From assembly GCA_964016885.1 (NCBI GenBank), contig OZ024742.1, forward strand, positions 339,946,001-340,010,000: a DNA stretch of 64,000 nt, written 5' to 3'. Within the stretch, counting starts at the first letter, position 1, and every line of letters starts with the position of its first letter. Positions 15,381 through 31,671 of this stretch are shown piece by piece. Source of the stretch: Eledone cirrhosa (Eukaryota). The notes under the pieces are model-generated. The model worked only from the letters and a program-made list of their open reading frames with translations. It had not been told where the DNA came from and ran no database searches. Position numbers and translations under genes: made by a program.

Positions 15381-15869
15381 TGTTTATATATTTTGTGTAT
15401 GTGTGTATGTTTGGTCGTGTGTATGTGTGTGTGTTTGTGTGTGTGTATAAGCGCGTTTGTTGAAGCGTGTGCGTGTGTTTGAGTGTATGTGTGTGTGTGT
15501 GTATGCGTGTGGTTATCCGGTACCTATATATTTGCATCATTCCTACATCCTTTGTACAGGAAACGTATTCAACACAATTATCCCTGTACGTGTAAATATG
15601 CAAATTTATGTTTTGTTGTGACGTCCTCCCACCCCTCCTCACTCCATTCCTGCCTCCCCTTCCTTCAACCCTACCAATCCTTCCCCTTGTCACTCTACCT
15701 TCTCCCCTCCCCCTCTCTCATTGTCTCTCTCTCTCTCTCTCTCCTCTCATATATAAGGGCTCCGCCATATATTATAATTAATTTGTAAAATATGTATTAC
15801 ACAAAACATCATTCACTGTCGTCACTCTATTAAGAACTGGGCCTTCCATATTCTGTCTATACATACATA

Positions 15870-19265
<3,396 letters not shown>

Positions 19266-19343
19266 TGCTGTTTAATTCCCATTAATATTTTGGTAATTAT
19301 AACATACATTACCCAAATTAATTTATACAAACAAGCTACTGTT

Positions 19344-19575
19344 ACCCCTCTCTCTCACTCACATACTCTCTGTCATTCGCCCCCTCTCTCTCACTCACAT
19401 ACTCTCTGTCATTCGCCCCCTCTCTCTCACTCTCACATACTCTCTGTCATTCCCTCTCTCTCTCTCACACATAATCTCTGTCATTTCCCCTCTCTCTCTC
19501 TCACTCTCACATACTCTCTGTCATTCCCTCTCTCTCTCTCTCACACATAATCTCTGTCATTTCCCCTCTCTCTAT
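19344..19575. repeat. Minisatellite of about 6 units of 35-40 bp (CCCCTCTCTCTCACTCACATACTCTCTGTCATT)
   Basis: Direct reading. Confidence 0.85.
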
Positions 19576-19699
19576 CTTATAGTCTCTGTCTTTCTATCAA
19601 GCTTTCTATCTATATATCTATCACACATCCTTACCACATTATAATAGATTCAATTACAATATATATATATATATATACATATATATACATACATTTATT

Positions 19700-19776
<77 letters not shown>

Positions 19777-20032
19777 GTATATATATATATATATATATAT
19801 ACATATATACATATATATGTATATGTATATACATATATATACATATGTGTGTGTGTGTATGTATGTTTATGTGTACATATATATATATACATAGATACAA
19901 ACATACATATATATACATACATAAATAAATAGATGCATATATATATATATATATATGCATACATATATACACACCCGACCAACCTTGTCACAAGTGGCAC
20001 AACTCCCGTCTAACCCATGCTAGCGTATATAC

Positions 20033-20126
<94 letters not shown>

Positions 20127-20340
20127 TCAGAAACATACACGCAAGAATACTTAAGCTTCAAACTCTTTCCGCTCAGCCTCCCTGTCGATTTAACAACGTA
20201 TGTATATATGTATGTATATATGTATGTATATATGTATGTATATATGCGTGTATATATATATGTATATATGAATGTATTTATGTATGTATATATATAGGTT
20301 TGTATATATGTACGTATATATGTATTTATGTAAGTGTGTA

Positions 20341-20371
<31 letters not shown>

Positions 20372-20414
20372 GTCTATTTATTTATGTATGTATATATATA
20401 TGTATGTTTGTATC

Positions 20415-20459
<45 letters not shown>

Positions 20460-20569
20460 ATATGCATGTATGTATGTATCTATGTACGTATATACGTAGG
20501 TATGTATTTCTGTGTGTATATGTATGTATATATGCATGTATGTATGCATATATGTACTATATATATATG

Positions 20570-20613
<44 letters not shown>

Positions 20614-20660
20614 ATTTATATATATATATATATATATATGTGTATATATATATGTGTGTG

Positions 20661-20721
<61 letters not shown>

Positions 20722-20738
20722 GTGTATATATATATATA

Positions 20739-20769
<31 letters not shown>

Positions 20770-20802
20770 GTGTATATATATATATGTGTGTATATATATA
20801 TA

Positions 20803-20845
<43 letters not shown>

Positions 20846-21425
20846 TTATCTATCTATATATATATATAGAGAGAGAGATAATTACAATTGCTTACGACCC
20901 CACACAGATTGATGAACGCAGACGCCGATACACACACACACACACACACACATACACACATACACACACACACATACACACATACACACACACACATACA
21001 CAGACACACACACATACAGACACACAGACACACATACACACAGACACACATACACACAGACACACACAAAATATAGACATATACACACATACACAGACAC
21101 ACACACATTCATACACACAGACACACACACACACAGACACACAGACATACAGACACACAGACACACAGACACACAGACATACAGACACACAGACACACAG
21201 ACACACAGAGAGACAGACACACAGACACACAGAGAGACACGTTAACAAGCAACATTATACACCCAAACAGTTTCATCACAATATTGTTAGCCACGCCTAT
21301 TTTCCGCGTTATTGTTATTCTTATCTCCCACCACCGCTCTCTCTCTTTCTTTCACTCTCTTTCAGCCTCTCTCTCTCTCTCTCACTTTCTTTCATTCTCT
21401 CTCTCTCTTTCAGTCTCTCCCCTTC

Positions 21426-21477
<52 letters not shown>

Positions 21478-21583
21478 CGTACTTCCTCCCCTCACTCTCT
21501 CTATTTATTTTAGCATAACTCCAGAACTTGTATAATAAATACATTTACTTCTACCTATCTACCTATCTACCTATCTCTCTATC

Positions 21584-23178
21584 TCGGCACCTTACTGGAG
21601 GAGTACGAAATGTTCACAGGGGCTAAGCTGAACCGGGACAAGTCGATCGGTTTGCAACTCGGCACGTGGAGGGGCAGACCGATGCCTTCCGATGGCGTCG
21701 TCGGACGCTGGACGGAGGGCCCGGTGAAGTTGCTCGGGGTCTGGTTCGGACCGGACCTCCAGGTGGAGAAAAACTGGGCGGAGGTTACGAACAGGGTGTT
21801 TGCACTGGCCCAGAAGTGGGCCAGTTGCAAACTATCCCTGAAAGGTCGGGCGGAGGTGGCGAACACCTGCATAGCGTCCGTCATCTACTACCGCCTGACC
21901 GTAGTGCCCTGCCCAAGGGAAACCCTCACCAAGATGGAGCGCGCGCTCTTCCAATTCCTTTGGAAGAGGCGGGCTCCTATGGCGAGGAGATCCATCTGCT
22001 GTCAACACCCTTCGAAAGGAGGGCTGGGGATGCCGTGGCTATTGATGCGTAAACACGCATTAAGGCTACGGCACCTCTACGTATTCCTCACCGGTCAACC
22101 GGTGTGGGCCTCGTTTGTGAGACGAACCTTTCCCAGACTCGTCTCACTCACCGAGCTGCAATCCTGGGTCAAGCAAAGACCGAGAAAACTGGGCGCCTGG
22201 CACACTGAGTGTGCCCAGGCGCTCACCGCCCTCTGGCAGGCGGATCCGGTTATCAGTGGAGACTCCACCGCAACATTCTATAGAGGGCTGGTACGCAGCA
22301 GGTGCGACGACGCCCTCGGAGAAGCCCTAGACATGGAGGAGGACGAACTGGCCAGCCTGTTCGGTAGGACTTTCAGCCCGGGACCTATGGACAACTTCCA
22401 GAAGTCCCTGGCCTGGCAGTGCTACCGAGGGGCTTTACCCGTTCGAGAAAGGCTCTACAGACACGGGCGCCCGGCTAGGGACCCCTCCAAAAAGATCTGT
22501 CCCAGATGCGTGTGCGACGAGGAAACCGTTGCACACGCATTGGTACACTGCTCGGGCGTAGCCGATCTGTGGGGCTATGTCGAACAACTGCTGTCAAGGG
22601 TGGGACCGATCCGGTTGACCACCGAGTCTATTGTAATGATCAAGCCGCCTCCCCCCTTCAAAGATGAAGCAGAGGCGGTGTTTCTGTGCGTAATAGCCAT
22701 GGCGAAAGAGGTTGTATGATGGACGCGTCTGAAAGGACTGAGGTAAGGCACCTTTTTCTCTGGCCAACAACTGGTCCGTTTCTTCCGATATCATTTCGGA
22801 AGAAGGATCAGGATGGAGAGAGAGGTGCTCCACCCCAGTCGTTTTTATGAAAGGTGGGTGAAAGTGGCGAGAATGGCCCGTGTGAATGGGCCTTCTCTTT
22901 ACATAAGCCTGTAGGTGGAATAGAGGAAGGAACGAGGGAGCACCCCCTCTCTGTGCTCCTGAGGAAAAGGGTTGCACACTTTTTTCGGGGGTGTGTGCGA
23001 CCCCCCAAGGCGCCTCCTCTCTATTGAGGATTTTGTTATAAATTATATTTTTTGTTATATTTTATTTTATTTTTATATTTTGTTATTGCCTCCTCCTTAT
23101 TGAGGACGCCTTTTTGTGTAAACTCCCCCCTTTGTACTTGTCCCACTTTTGATGCCCTTGTGGCAAATAAAAGAAACA
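21584..23178 (+). mobile_element. 5'-truncated Tx1/L1-clade LINE, 3' part of ORF2 (RT C-terminus plus CCHC zf-RVT-type domain) and 3' UTR
   Basis: ORF 21610-22719 has GAKLNRDKS, VKLLGVWFG, LSLKGRAEVAN, KGGLGMP and CPRC..EETVAHALVHC. Premature stop near 22717. UTR ends AATAAAAGAAAC then (TATC)n. Confidence 0.92.
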
Positions 23179-23244
23179 TATCTATCTATCTATCTATCTA
23201 TCTATCTAAAGAAAGATATCTATCTATTATCTATCTATCTATCT

Positions 23245-24716
23245 GAGGCAAACCGATGCCTTCCGATGGCGTCGTCGGACGCTGGAAGGAAGGACCTGTA
23301 AAGCTGCTCGGGATCTGGTTTGGTCCGGACTTCCAGGTGGAGAAGAACTGGAACGAGGTGACGGCCAAGGTATTTGCGCTCACCCAGAAGTGGGCTGAGT
23401 GCAAACTATCCTTGAAAGATCGAGCGGAGGTGGCGAACACTTTTATAGCGTCCGTCATCTACTACCGCTTGACCGTCGTTCCTTGTCCAGCCAAAACGCT
23501 CACCAAAATGGAGCGCGCGCTCTTCCAATTCCTTTTGAAGAAACGGGCTCCTTTGGTGAGAAGATCCATCTGCTGCCAACACCCTTCAAACGGAGGGCTG
23601 GTGATGCCGTGGATGACGATGCGCAAACACGGGCTCAGGCTGCGGCACCTCCACGTATTCCTCACCAGACAACCGGTGTGGGCCCCGTTATGAGGCGAGC
23701 CTTCCCACGACGTCTCGCTGACCGAGCTGCAGTCCTGGGTCAAGCAAAGACCGAGGAAAATGGGTGGCTGGCACATCGAATGTGCTCAGGCGCTTACAGT
23801 CCTCTGGCAAACGGGCCCAGCGATCAGTGGAGACTCCACTTCAATATTCTATAGAGGGTTGGTCCGCAGCAAGTGCGACGACACGCTCGGAGAAACTCTA
23901 GGCGTAGAGGAGGACGAATTGGCCAGTCTGTTCGGTAGGACCTTCCGCTCGGGACCAATGGACAACTTCCCAAAGTCCCTGGCCTGGCAGAGCTACCGAG
24001 GAGATCTACCAGTTCGAGACAAGCTCTACAGACACGGGCGCCCGGGTAGGGACTCTTCGAAAAAGATCTGTCCGAGATGCATGCGCGACGAGGAAACCGT
24101 CGCGCACGTATTTGTACACTGCCCGGACTTTACCGACCTGTGGGGCTATGTAGAACGACTATTGTCGCGGGTGGGACCAATCCAGTTGACCACCGAGTCC
24201 ATTGTCATGATCAAACCGCCACCCTCCTTCAAAAACGAGGGAGAGGCGGTTTTCCTATGTGTTATGGCTATGGTGAAAGAGGTTATATGGTGGACGAGAT
24301 TAAAAGGGCTGAGATAAGACACCTTTCTCTCCGGCGAGCAACTGATTCGTTTTTTCAAATATCATTTTGGAAGAAGAATCAGGATGGAGAGAGAGGTGCT
24401 GTACCCCAGAAAATTTTATAAAAGGTGGGTGAATGTGGCAAAGATGGCCCGAGTGGTTGGGCCTTCTCTCTATATAAGCCTGTAGGTTGAGGAAAAAGAG
24501 GAAGAGAGGAAAGGAGTACTCACTCTTGGTGATCCTGGAGATGAGGGTTGTACTTTTTTTCGGGGTGTGTACAACCCCTGTGTAACGCCTCCCTGCTATT
24601 GGGGATTTCAATTGTTATTTGTTATTTTATTAATAGTTTTATTTTCATATACCTGTATGTAAACTCCCCATTTGTATTTGTCCCCTTCTTTTGTGCCCTT
24701 GTGGCTAATAAAGAAA
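23245..24716 (+). mobile_element. 5'-truncated Tx1/L1-clade LINE, diverged sister subfamily, frameshifted
   Basis: ORFs 23256-23693 and 23760-24317 are homologous to the preceding copy. Ends GCCCTTGTGGCTAATAAAGAAA then TATC repeats. Confidence 0.92.
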
Positions 24717-24739
24717 TTTATCTATATCCATCTATCTGT

Positions 24740-24789
<50 letters not shown>

Positions 24790-24792
<3 letters not shown>

Positions 24793-25405
24793 CGTTTCTG
24801 AATTTGTTTAGCAAGATTCTTTATCTGAAAACGTGTGTTGAAACCGATATTGTTATGCTTTGGGAGGGTCATTTTGCCAATAAGAAACACACGCACCAGT
24901 TGCTTTCACTCCAATTTATTATAAATTAAATTTATAAATTTAAGAATTTATAAATTTCCGGTTGGTTGGTTGGTTGGTTCCACAACCGGACAGTTGTTCA
25001 TATATTGTCAAAGTTCTTTCGTCACACATTCTGAGACCTCTTCAGTGACTGGGGATTCTTTTCTTTGTTTTTGTGCCTCTCCTTTATTCTGTCCTACGCC
25101 ATCTTGTTTTTGTGTGTGAACACACATCTTGTTTTTTTGTGTGAACATACACAAAAAGAAGATGGCGTAGGACAGAACAAAGGAGAGACACAAAAACAAA
25201 GAAAAGAATCCCCAGTCACTGAAGAGGTCACAGAATGTGTGACGAATAAACTTTGACAATATATGAACAACCGTCCGGTTGTGGCACCAACCAACGAACC
25301 GGAAATTTATAAATTCTTAAATTTATAAATTTAATTTATAATAAATTGGAGTGAAAGCAACTGGTGCGTGTGTTTCTTATTGGCAACATGACCCTCCAAA
25401 AGCAT

Positions 25406-25412
<7 letters not shown>
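24790..25412. mobile_element. Palindromic PLE terminal-repeat-like element with two inverted hammerhead motifs (25007-25049 -, 25215-25257 +)
   Basis: About 280-bp inverted arms centred near 25130. Motif GTCA CTGAAGA GGTCACAGAATGTGTGAC GAA(A/T)...TT TGAC. TA flanks. Confidence 0.85.
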
Positions 25413-25455
<43 letters not shown>

Positions 25456-25619
25456 GCATGTTTGCGTATGTGTGTCATACATTTAAATCATTTCTAATCA
25501 AATCCCTTAATAGATGATACCTTAATGTTTCTTCCAATAAAGAATCCTTAAACCAGTAATTCCTCCGTGGGGACTAATTTCATTTAATAATTGGTACCCT
25601 AACAGTTTAGTAGAAAAAT

Positions 25620-25856
25620 ACAAGGAGAATAGGACAGCAAGATGGTCGGATAACATCCGTGAGCTCGGCTGGCCTAGCCTGGGATCCAGCCGGATCAGTT
25701 GGAGATGGCTGCTACTGACAGGACTCGCTGGAAGGACTCTGTCTCCACGACGCTCTCAGTAATAGGTGGGCGAAGAAGAAGAAGAAGTAGAAGGAGAAGG
25801 AGAAGAAGAAGAAGAAGAAGGAGGAGAAGGAAGAGAAGAAGAAGGAAAAGTAGAAG

Positions 25857-25888
<32 letters not shown>

Positions 25889-26038
25889 GAAGAAGGAGAA
25901 GAAGAAGGAGAAGAAGGAGAAGAAGAAGGAGAAGAAGAAGAGGAAGGAGAAGGATAAGAAGAAGAAGAGGAATGAGAAGTAGAAGTAGAAGGAGAAGTAG
26001 AAGTAGAAGGAGAAGAAGAAGAAGAAGAAGAAGAAGAA
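25620..26038 (+). mobile_element. 3' end of an RTE-like LINE followed by a (GAA)n tail (25771-26038)
   Basis: Reads QLEMAATDRTRWKDSV, like RTE ORF C-termini. The terminus CTCTCAG(T/G)AATA(G/A)GTGGG(C/T)GAAGAAG recurs on the - strand at about 36685-36765. Confidence 0.55.
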
Positions 26039-27057
26039 TCTGTGTATCATAACAAACTCTGTAGACAGAGCTTAAAATGATGGAATAAATTTGAAGTGGA
26101 GATGAAGAGCTGATTGAAAGAGTTGAGTCATCGTTGAAGTCGTGTACCGTGACGGAAGAACTTTTATAATTAATTAATTCGCTGATTAACTAACTGTTTG
26201 ATGGATTAATTACTTCATTAATAATAAACCCGAAATAAAAACAGCTAATTGCGTGTGTTTTAATTGACAGCATATGCCTTCCCAAAGTATAACACAGAAT
26301 ATACATTCAAACAACATTAGAAGGAAAAAAACCTTATCAACTCGAAACCAGGAATTAACAAATCTCAGGACTTATTTCAGATAACCAATGTAAAATCAGT
26401 CACTGTATATTTTAGAAAATAGCATATATTTTCACTAGCTCTGAGAGTTAGCAGGTGAACAGTGAGCTGTACTGATGAAGGGTGATACCCAGAAACATTA
26501 GTGCCTGCAGTTCTGTTTACATGCCAACACAAGAGCCAGAATGAAGGGCTCATTCTACTGACATGGCTTTAAAAATGAGGCTTGTTTGCATAATTGCAAA
26601 CGAATCGAATGTTATTATTTATATTTGAAAAATTCAGATTACATTTATTATATTCAGCCATGTAGAGCGAACATTTTTTTTTTATTTGAATGCAAAATAT
26701 ATATTTCAATATGAACATAACATCTTATAAATTTCATGAATCTAACTTTTACATCGGTCAACCAACTACGGTACTTTTTCTTCATTTACAAGTAGGAGCC
26801 ATCCAAACACATTAAAATTTAGTCCATGAAACAAAATTAAATAAGAAAACATTAGTTGATAATTCTTCTTTATTGATTTTCTGAAAATATTTGGATATCT
26901 TTGAAGGAATAAATAGTAGAAAAAAATTAAACCCAAATCAGAAAACACACAGACACGCACACAGACACACACACAGAAACACACACACACACACACACAC
27001 AGAAACACAGACACACACACACACAGAAACACAGACACACACACACACAGAAACACA

Positions 27058-27110
<53 letters not shown>

Positions 27111-27184
27111 AGAAACACAGACACACACACACACACACACACACAGAGAAACACACACAATACACACAAAAACACACACACACC

Positions 27185-27385
27185 TAATTATTATTTTCTT
27201 ATATAGGCACAAGGCCAGCATTTTTGGGGAAAGGGAAAGTCGATTACGTCGACCCCAGTGCATTACTGGTACTTTATTTTATCGACCCTGTTAGGATGAA
27301 AGGCAAAGTTAACCTCGGCAGAATTTGAACTCAGATCAAAGCATGGCGTCCGACCCTCTACCGATACTGCAATTCCACTGCCCTA
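27185..27385 (-). mobile_element. tRNA-derived SINE whose 5' head is amplified into the adjacent minisatellite
   Basis: Reverse complement of the SINE body (GGCACAAGGCCAGCA...ACTGGTACTTTATTTTATCGACCC...TTTGAACTCAG). Confidence 0.9.
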
Positions 27386-29286
27386 TCATGGCGTCCGACC
27401 CTCTACCGATACTGCCAATCTACTGCCCTATCATGGCGTCCGACCCTCCTACCGATACTGCCAATCCACTGCCCTATCATGGCGTCCGACCCTCTACCGA
27501 TACTGCCAATCCACTGCCCTATCACGGCGTCCGACCCTCCTACCGATACTGCCAATCCACTGCCCTATCATGGCGTCCGACTCTCTACCGATACTGCCAA
27601 TCTACTGCCCTAGCATGGCGTCCGACCCTCCTACCGATACTGCCAATCCACTGCCCTAGCATGGCGTCCGACCCTCCTACCGATACTGCCAATCTACTGC
27701 CCTAGCATGGCGTCCGACCCTCTACCGATACTGCCAATCTACTGCCCTAGCATGGCGTCCGACCCTCTACCGATACTGCCAATCTACTGCCCTAGCATGG
27801 CGTCCAATCCTCTACCGATACTGCCAATCTACTGCCCTAGCATGGCGTCCGACCCTCTACCGATACTGCCAATCTACTGCCCTAGCATGGCGTCCGACCC
27901 TCTACCGATACTGCCAATCTACTGCCCTAGCATGGCGTCCAATCCTCTACCGATACTGCCAATCTACTGCCCTAGCATGGCGTCCGACCCTCTACCGATA
28001 CTGCCAATCTACTGCCCTAGCATGGCGTCCGACCCTCTACCGATACTGCCAATCTACTGCCCTAGCATGGCGTCCGACCCTCTACCGATGCTGCCAATCT
28101 ACTGCCCTAGCATGGCGTCCGACTCTCTACCGATACTGCCAATCTACTGTCCTATCATGGCGTCCGACCCTCCTACCGATACTGCCAATCTACTGCCCTA
28201 GCATGGCGTCCGACCCTCTACCGATACTGCCAATCCACTGCCCTATCATGGCGTCCGACCCTCTACCGATACTGCCAATCTACTGCCCTAGCATGGCGTC
28301 CAATCCTCTACCGATACTGCCAATCTACTGCCCTAGCATGGCGTCCGACCCTCTACCGATACTGCCAATCTACTGCCCTAGCATGGCGTCCGACCCTCTA
28401 CCGATACTGCCAATCTACTGCCCTAGCATGGCGTCCGACCCTCTACCGATGCTGCCAATCTACTGCCCTAGCATGGCGTCCGACCCTCTACCGATACTGC
28501 CAATCTACTGTCCTATCATGGCGTCCGACCCTCCTACCGATACTGCCAATCTACTGCCCTAGCATGGCGTCCGACCCTCTACCGATACTGCCAATCCACT
28601 GCCCTATCATGGCGTCCGACCCTCTACCGATACTGCCAATCTACTGCCCTAGCATGGCGTCCGACCCTCTACCGATACTGCCAATCCACTGCCCTATCAT
28701 GGCGTCCGACCCTCCTACCGATACTGCCAATCCACTGCTCTATCATGGCGTCCGACCCTCTACCGATACTGCCAATCCACTGCCCTAGCATGGCATCCGA
28801 CCCTCTACCGATACTGCCAATCTACTGCCCTAGCATGGCGTCCGACCCTCCTACCGATACTGCCAATCCACTGCCCTAGTATGGCGTCCGACCCTCTACC
28901 GATACTGCCAATCCACTGCCCTAGAATGGCGTCCGACCCTCTACCGATACTGCCAATCCACTGCCCTATCATGGCGTCCGACCCTCTACCGATACTGACA
29001 ATCCACTGCCCTATTATGGCGTCCGACCCTCTACCGATACTGCCAATCTACTGCCCTATCATGGCGTCCGACCCTCTACCGATACTGCCAATCTACTGCC
29101 CTATCATGGCGTCCGACCCTCCTACCGATACTGCCAATCTACTGCCCTATCATGGCGTCCGACCCTCCTACCCCTACTGCCAATCTACTGCCCTATCATG
29201 GCGTCTGACCCTCTACCGATACTGCCAATCCACTGCCCTAGCATGGCGTCTGACCCTCCTACCGATACTGCCAATCTACTGCCCTA
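27340..29286. repeat. 45/46-bp minisatellite, about 43 copies (ATGGCGTCCGACCCTCTACCGATACTGCCAATCTACTGCCCTAGC)
   Basis: Direct reading. The unit is the reverse complement of the SINE 5' end seen at 9246, 58492 and 59517. Confidence 0.97.
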
Positions 29287-29372
29287 CACATAGATATTAA
29301 AGCCAGTTACTACGACGGCGCCATATCAGGTTTGTTATTTATGTTTACTTAACATCCTAGCAAAATGTACAT

Positions 29373-29437
<65 letters not shown>

Positions 29438-29460
29438 ATATATATATATATATATATATA

Positions 29461-30035
29461 TGTCAAAGGTAAACAGAAATAACAACACAGTCGGTACAGT
29501 ATATGGAAGGGATATATTAACGCTTGATATAGCAGGAAGAGGTCTTAACGTTTCGGACGCTAGTCCTTCATCGGGAGAAAGAATGAGAAATAAGATAGAT
29601 TGAGGGGATGGGCGATATATATAGAGAGAGAGGGGAGGGGCGCGGGGGGGGGGGGGGGGGGGATGAATACGTATTAGAATGTTGCTCTTATTCAATCTGG
29701 AGCTTTGTAGTTATGCAAGAGGTGTTTCCAAACATGTGGACAACGGGAGAATATTTCATTCCTTGAATTTAGGCAATCACTATTGCGTAATCTCATTAGA
29801 ATATTTATTCTTTCTTCAATACACAGTCCACAAGACGGATTGCCTCTTGCGTATGGATTGGACTTAGTGATGGCTTTCCATAGAATGGAGTAGTCTATAC
29901 CTGAGTCCTTGAGGGACCATATGTGGCTCGCGATTTTCGTGGATGATCGTTTGTCCGGGTACCTAAAGGTCGACTGATGGTTCAGGAAGCATTCCTTAAA
30001 TCGAGCCTCCGCCATAACCACATAGGATTTGACCT
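29461..30035 (-). mobile_element. 5'-truncated Penelope-like element: C-terminal GIY-YIG endonuclease fragment plus 3' terminal repeat with HHR (29543-29578)
   Basis: Frame reads [21 protein letters not shown]...IASHIWSLKD...CGLCIEE...LNSRNEIFSRCPH, matching PLE endonuclease C-termini. Downstream: CCGATGAAGGACTAGCGTCCGAAACGTTAAGA. Confidence 0.85.
29692..30021 (-). pseudogene. PLE GIY-YIG endonuclease domain fragment
   Basis: Degenerate YIG-like motif followed by conserved H, CxxC, E, N and CxH positions; truncated by (TA)n upstream. Confidence 0.8.
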
Positions 30036-30037
30036 CC

Positions 30038-30117
<80 letters not shown>

Positions 30118-30122
30118 TATAT

Positions 30123-30210
<88 letters not shown>

Positions 30211-30443
30211 ATATATATATATGTTTATATATATATGTATATATATATAAATGAGAGGTATAGAGATTGTTTTAGCGAGAAGCTAACAGCATTCTATAAC
30301 ATATATGCGACTATAACGTCAAGATGGGAAAAGTAGTTAACGTAAGATTTAGGAAAAATAATTCAAACTCATTTCAAAAGAGAATCAGGATATAAATTCA
30401 TCCACAGAATTTAGTGAAATCCAGGGAAAAATCAATAGACCTG

Positions 30444-30536
<93 letters not shown>

Positions 30537-30584
30537 ATATATATATATATTTAAAGGTTAAACAAGGTTCGATGAATACATCAA

Positions 30585-30786
30585 AGAATTAGTTATACAA
30601 TAGATTGGAAGCACTCAACAGAATTTGGTTAAGTTAGCTCAGTACCTCTGAAATATGTATAATAAAATATAGTTGATCACAATGAAGTTCTATTAGAATT
30701 AGTTTTACCATAGATGGAAGCACTCAACAAATAGTTAAGTTAGCTCAGTACCTTTGACATATGTATAATAAAATGAAGTTCTATTT
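30585..30786 (+). repeat. About 110-bp tandem duplication
   Basis: AGAATTAGTT...GGAAGCACTCAACA...GTTAAGTTAGCTCAGTACCT...TATGTATAATAAAAT...GAAGTTCTATT occurs twice. Confidence 0.8.
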
Positions 30787-30802
30787 TTGTTAATATTTTG
30801 AA

Positions 30803-30878
<76 letters not shown>

Positions 30879-31026
30879 TAAATATACACGGGTGTGTATG
30901 ATTGTGTATAGAAGATCTATATTAATAAAAGGAATTCCAACTTTGTCTGATTTACTCGTTTTATTTACAATCCTTTAAAATTTATAATGGTATTAGAATG
31001 AAATAGTATGGTATATTAAATGTTAA

Positions 31027-31193
31027 GTGTTAATTGAACAAGTACTTTCATGCTTTCTCAATCTTCAGGTTCCGATTGTGTGGTGACAGTCAAGTTTGCA
31101 ATTTTCAACATTTGAAAATAGCAAACTTGACTGTCACCACACAATGTGAACCTGAAGATTGCGAAAGCATGAAAGTACTTGTTCAATTAACAC
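31027..31193. mobile_element. 167-bp palindrome with a minimal HHR in each arm (31147-31185 +)
   Basis: TGAAC CTGAAGA TTGC GAAA GCAT GAAA GTAC TT GTTCA: stem I TGAAC/GTTCA, palindromic AGTACT stem III. Confidence 0.85.
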
Positions 31194-31257
31194 GGTGATG
31201 ATGATGATGATGATGATGATGACGATACACAAATATATACACACACACACACACACA

Positions 31258-31414
31258 CCCGTCCCCTTAATCTATTTTATTTCTCATTCTTTCTTCTGAT
31301 GAAGGACTAGCGTCCGAAACGTTAAGACCCTCTTCCTGCTATATCAAGCGTTAACCTAATATATCCCTTCCATATACTGTACCGATTGTGTTGTTATTTC
31401 TGTTTACCTTTTAT
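31258..31414 (+). mobile_element. Solo PLE terminal repeat with minimal HHR (31292-31327)
   Basis: TCTT CTGATGA AGGAC TAGC GTCC GAAA CG TT AAGA; homologous to 29461-29615. Confidence 0.85.
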
Positions 31415-31469
31415 ATTTATACACCCACACACCCACACACACACACAGACACACACACACACACACATG

Positions 31470-31530
<61 letters not shown>

Positions 31531-31628
31531 GTGTGTGTGTGTGTGTGTCTGTGTCTGTGTGTGTGGATGCGTGTGCGTGTGTGTATGCAAACATACATGT
31601 ATTGATATATGATTGATAAATAAATGCA

Positions 31629-31671
<43 letters not shown>

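Noticed and set aside
26465-26505. CTGATGAAGGGTGATACCCAGAAAC hammerhead-like motif
   Set aside because: Core and stem II are present but stem I and the cleavage site do not pair convincingly; at best decayed.
27340-29286. CRISPR-like regular array and MASDPLPILPIYCPS ORFs
   Set aside because: No unique spacers, no cas genes, eukaryotic context; the unit derives from the SINE head.
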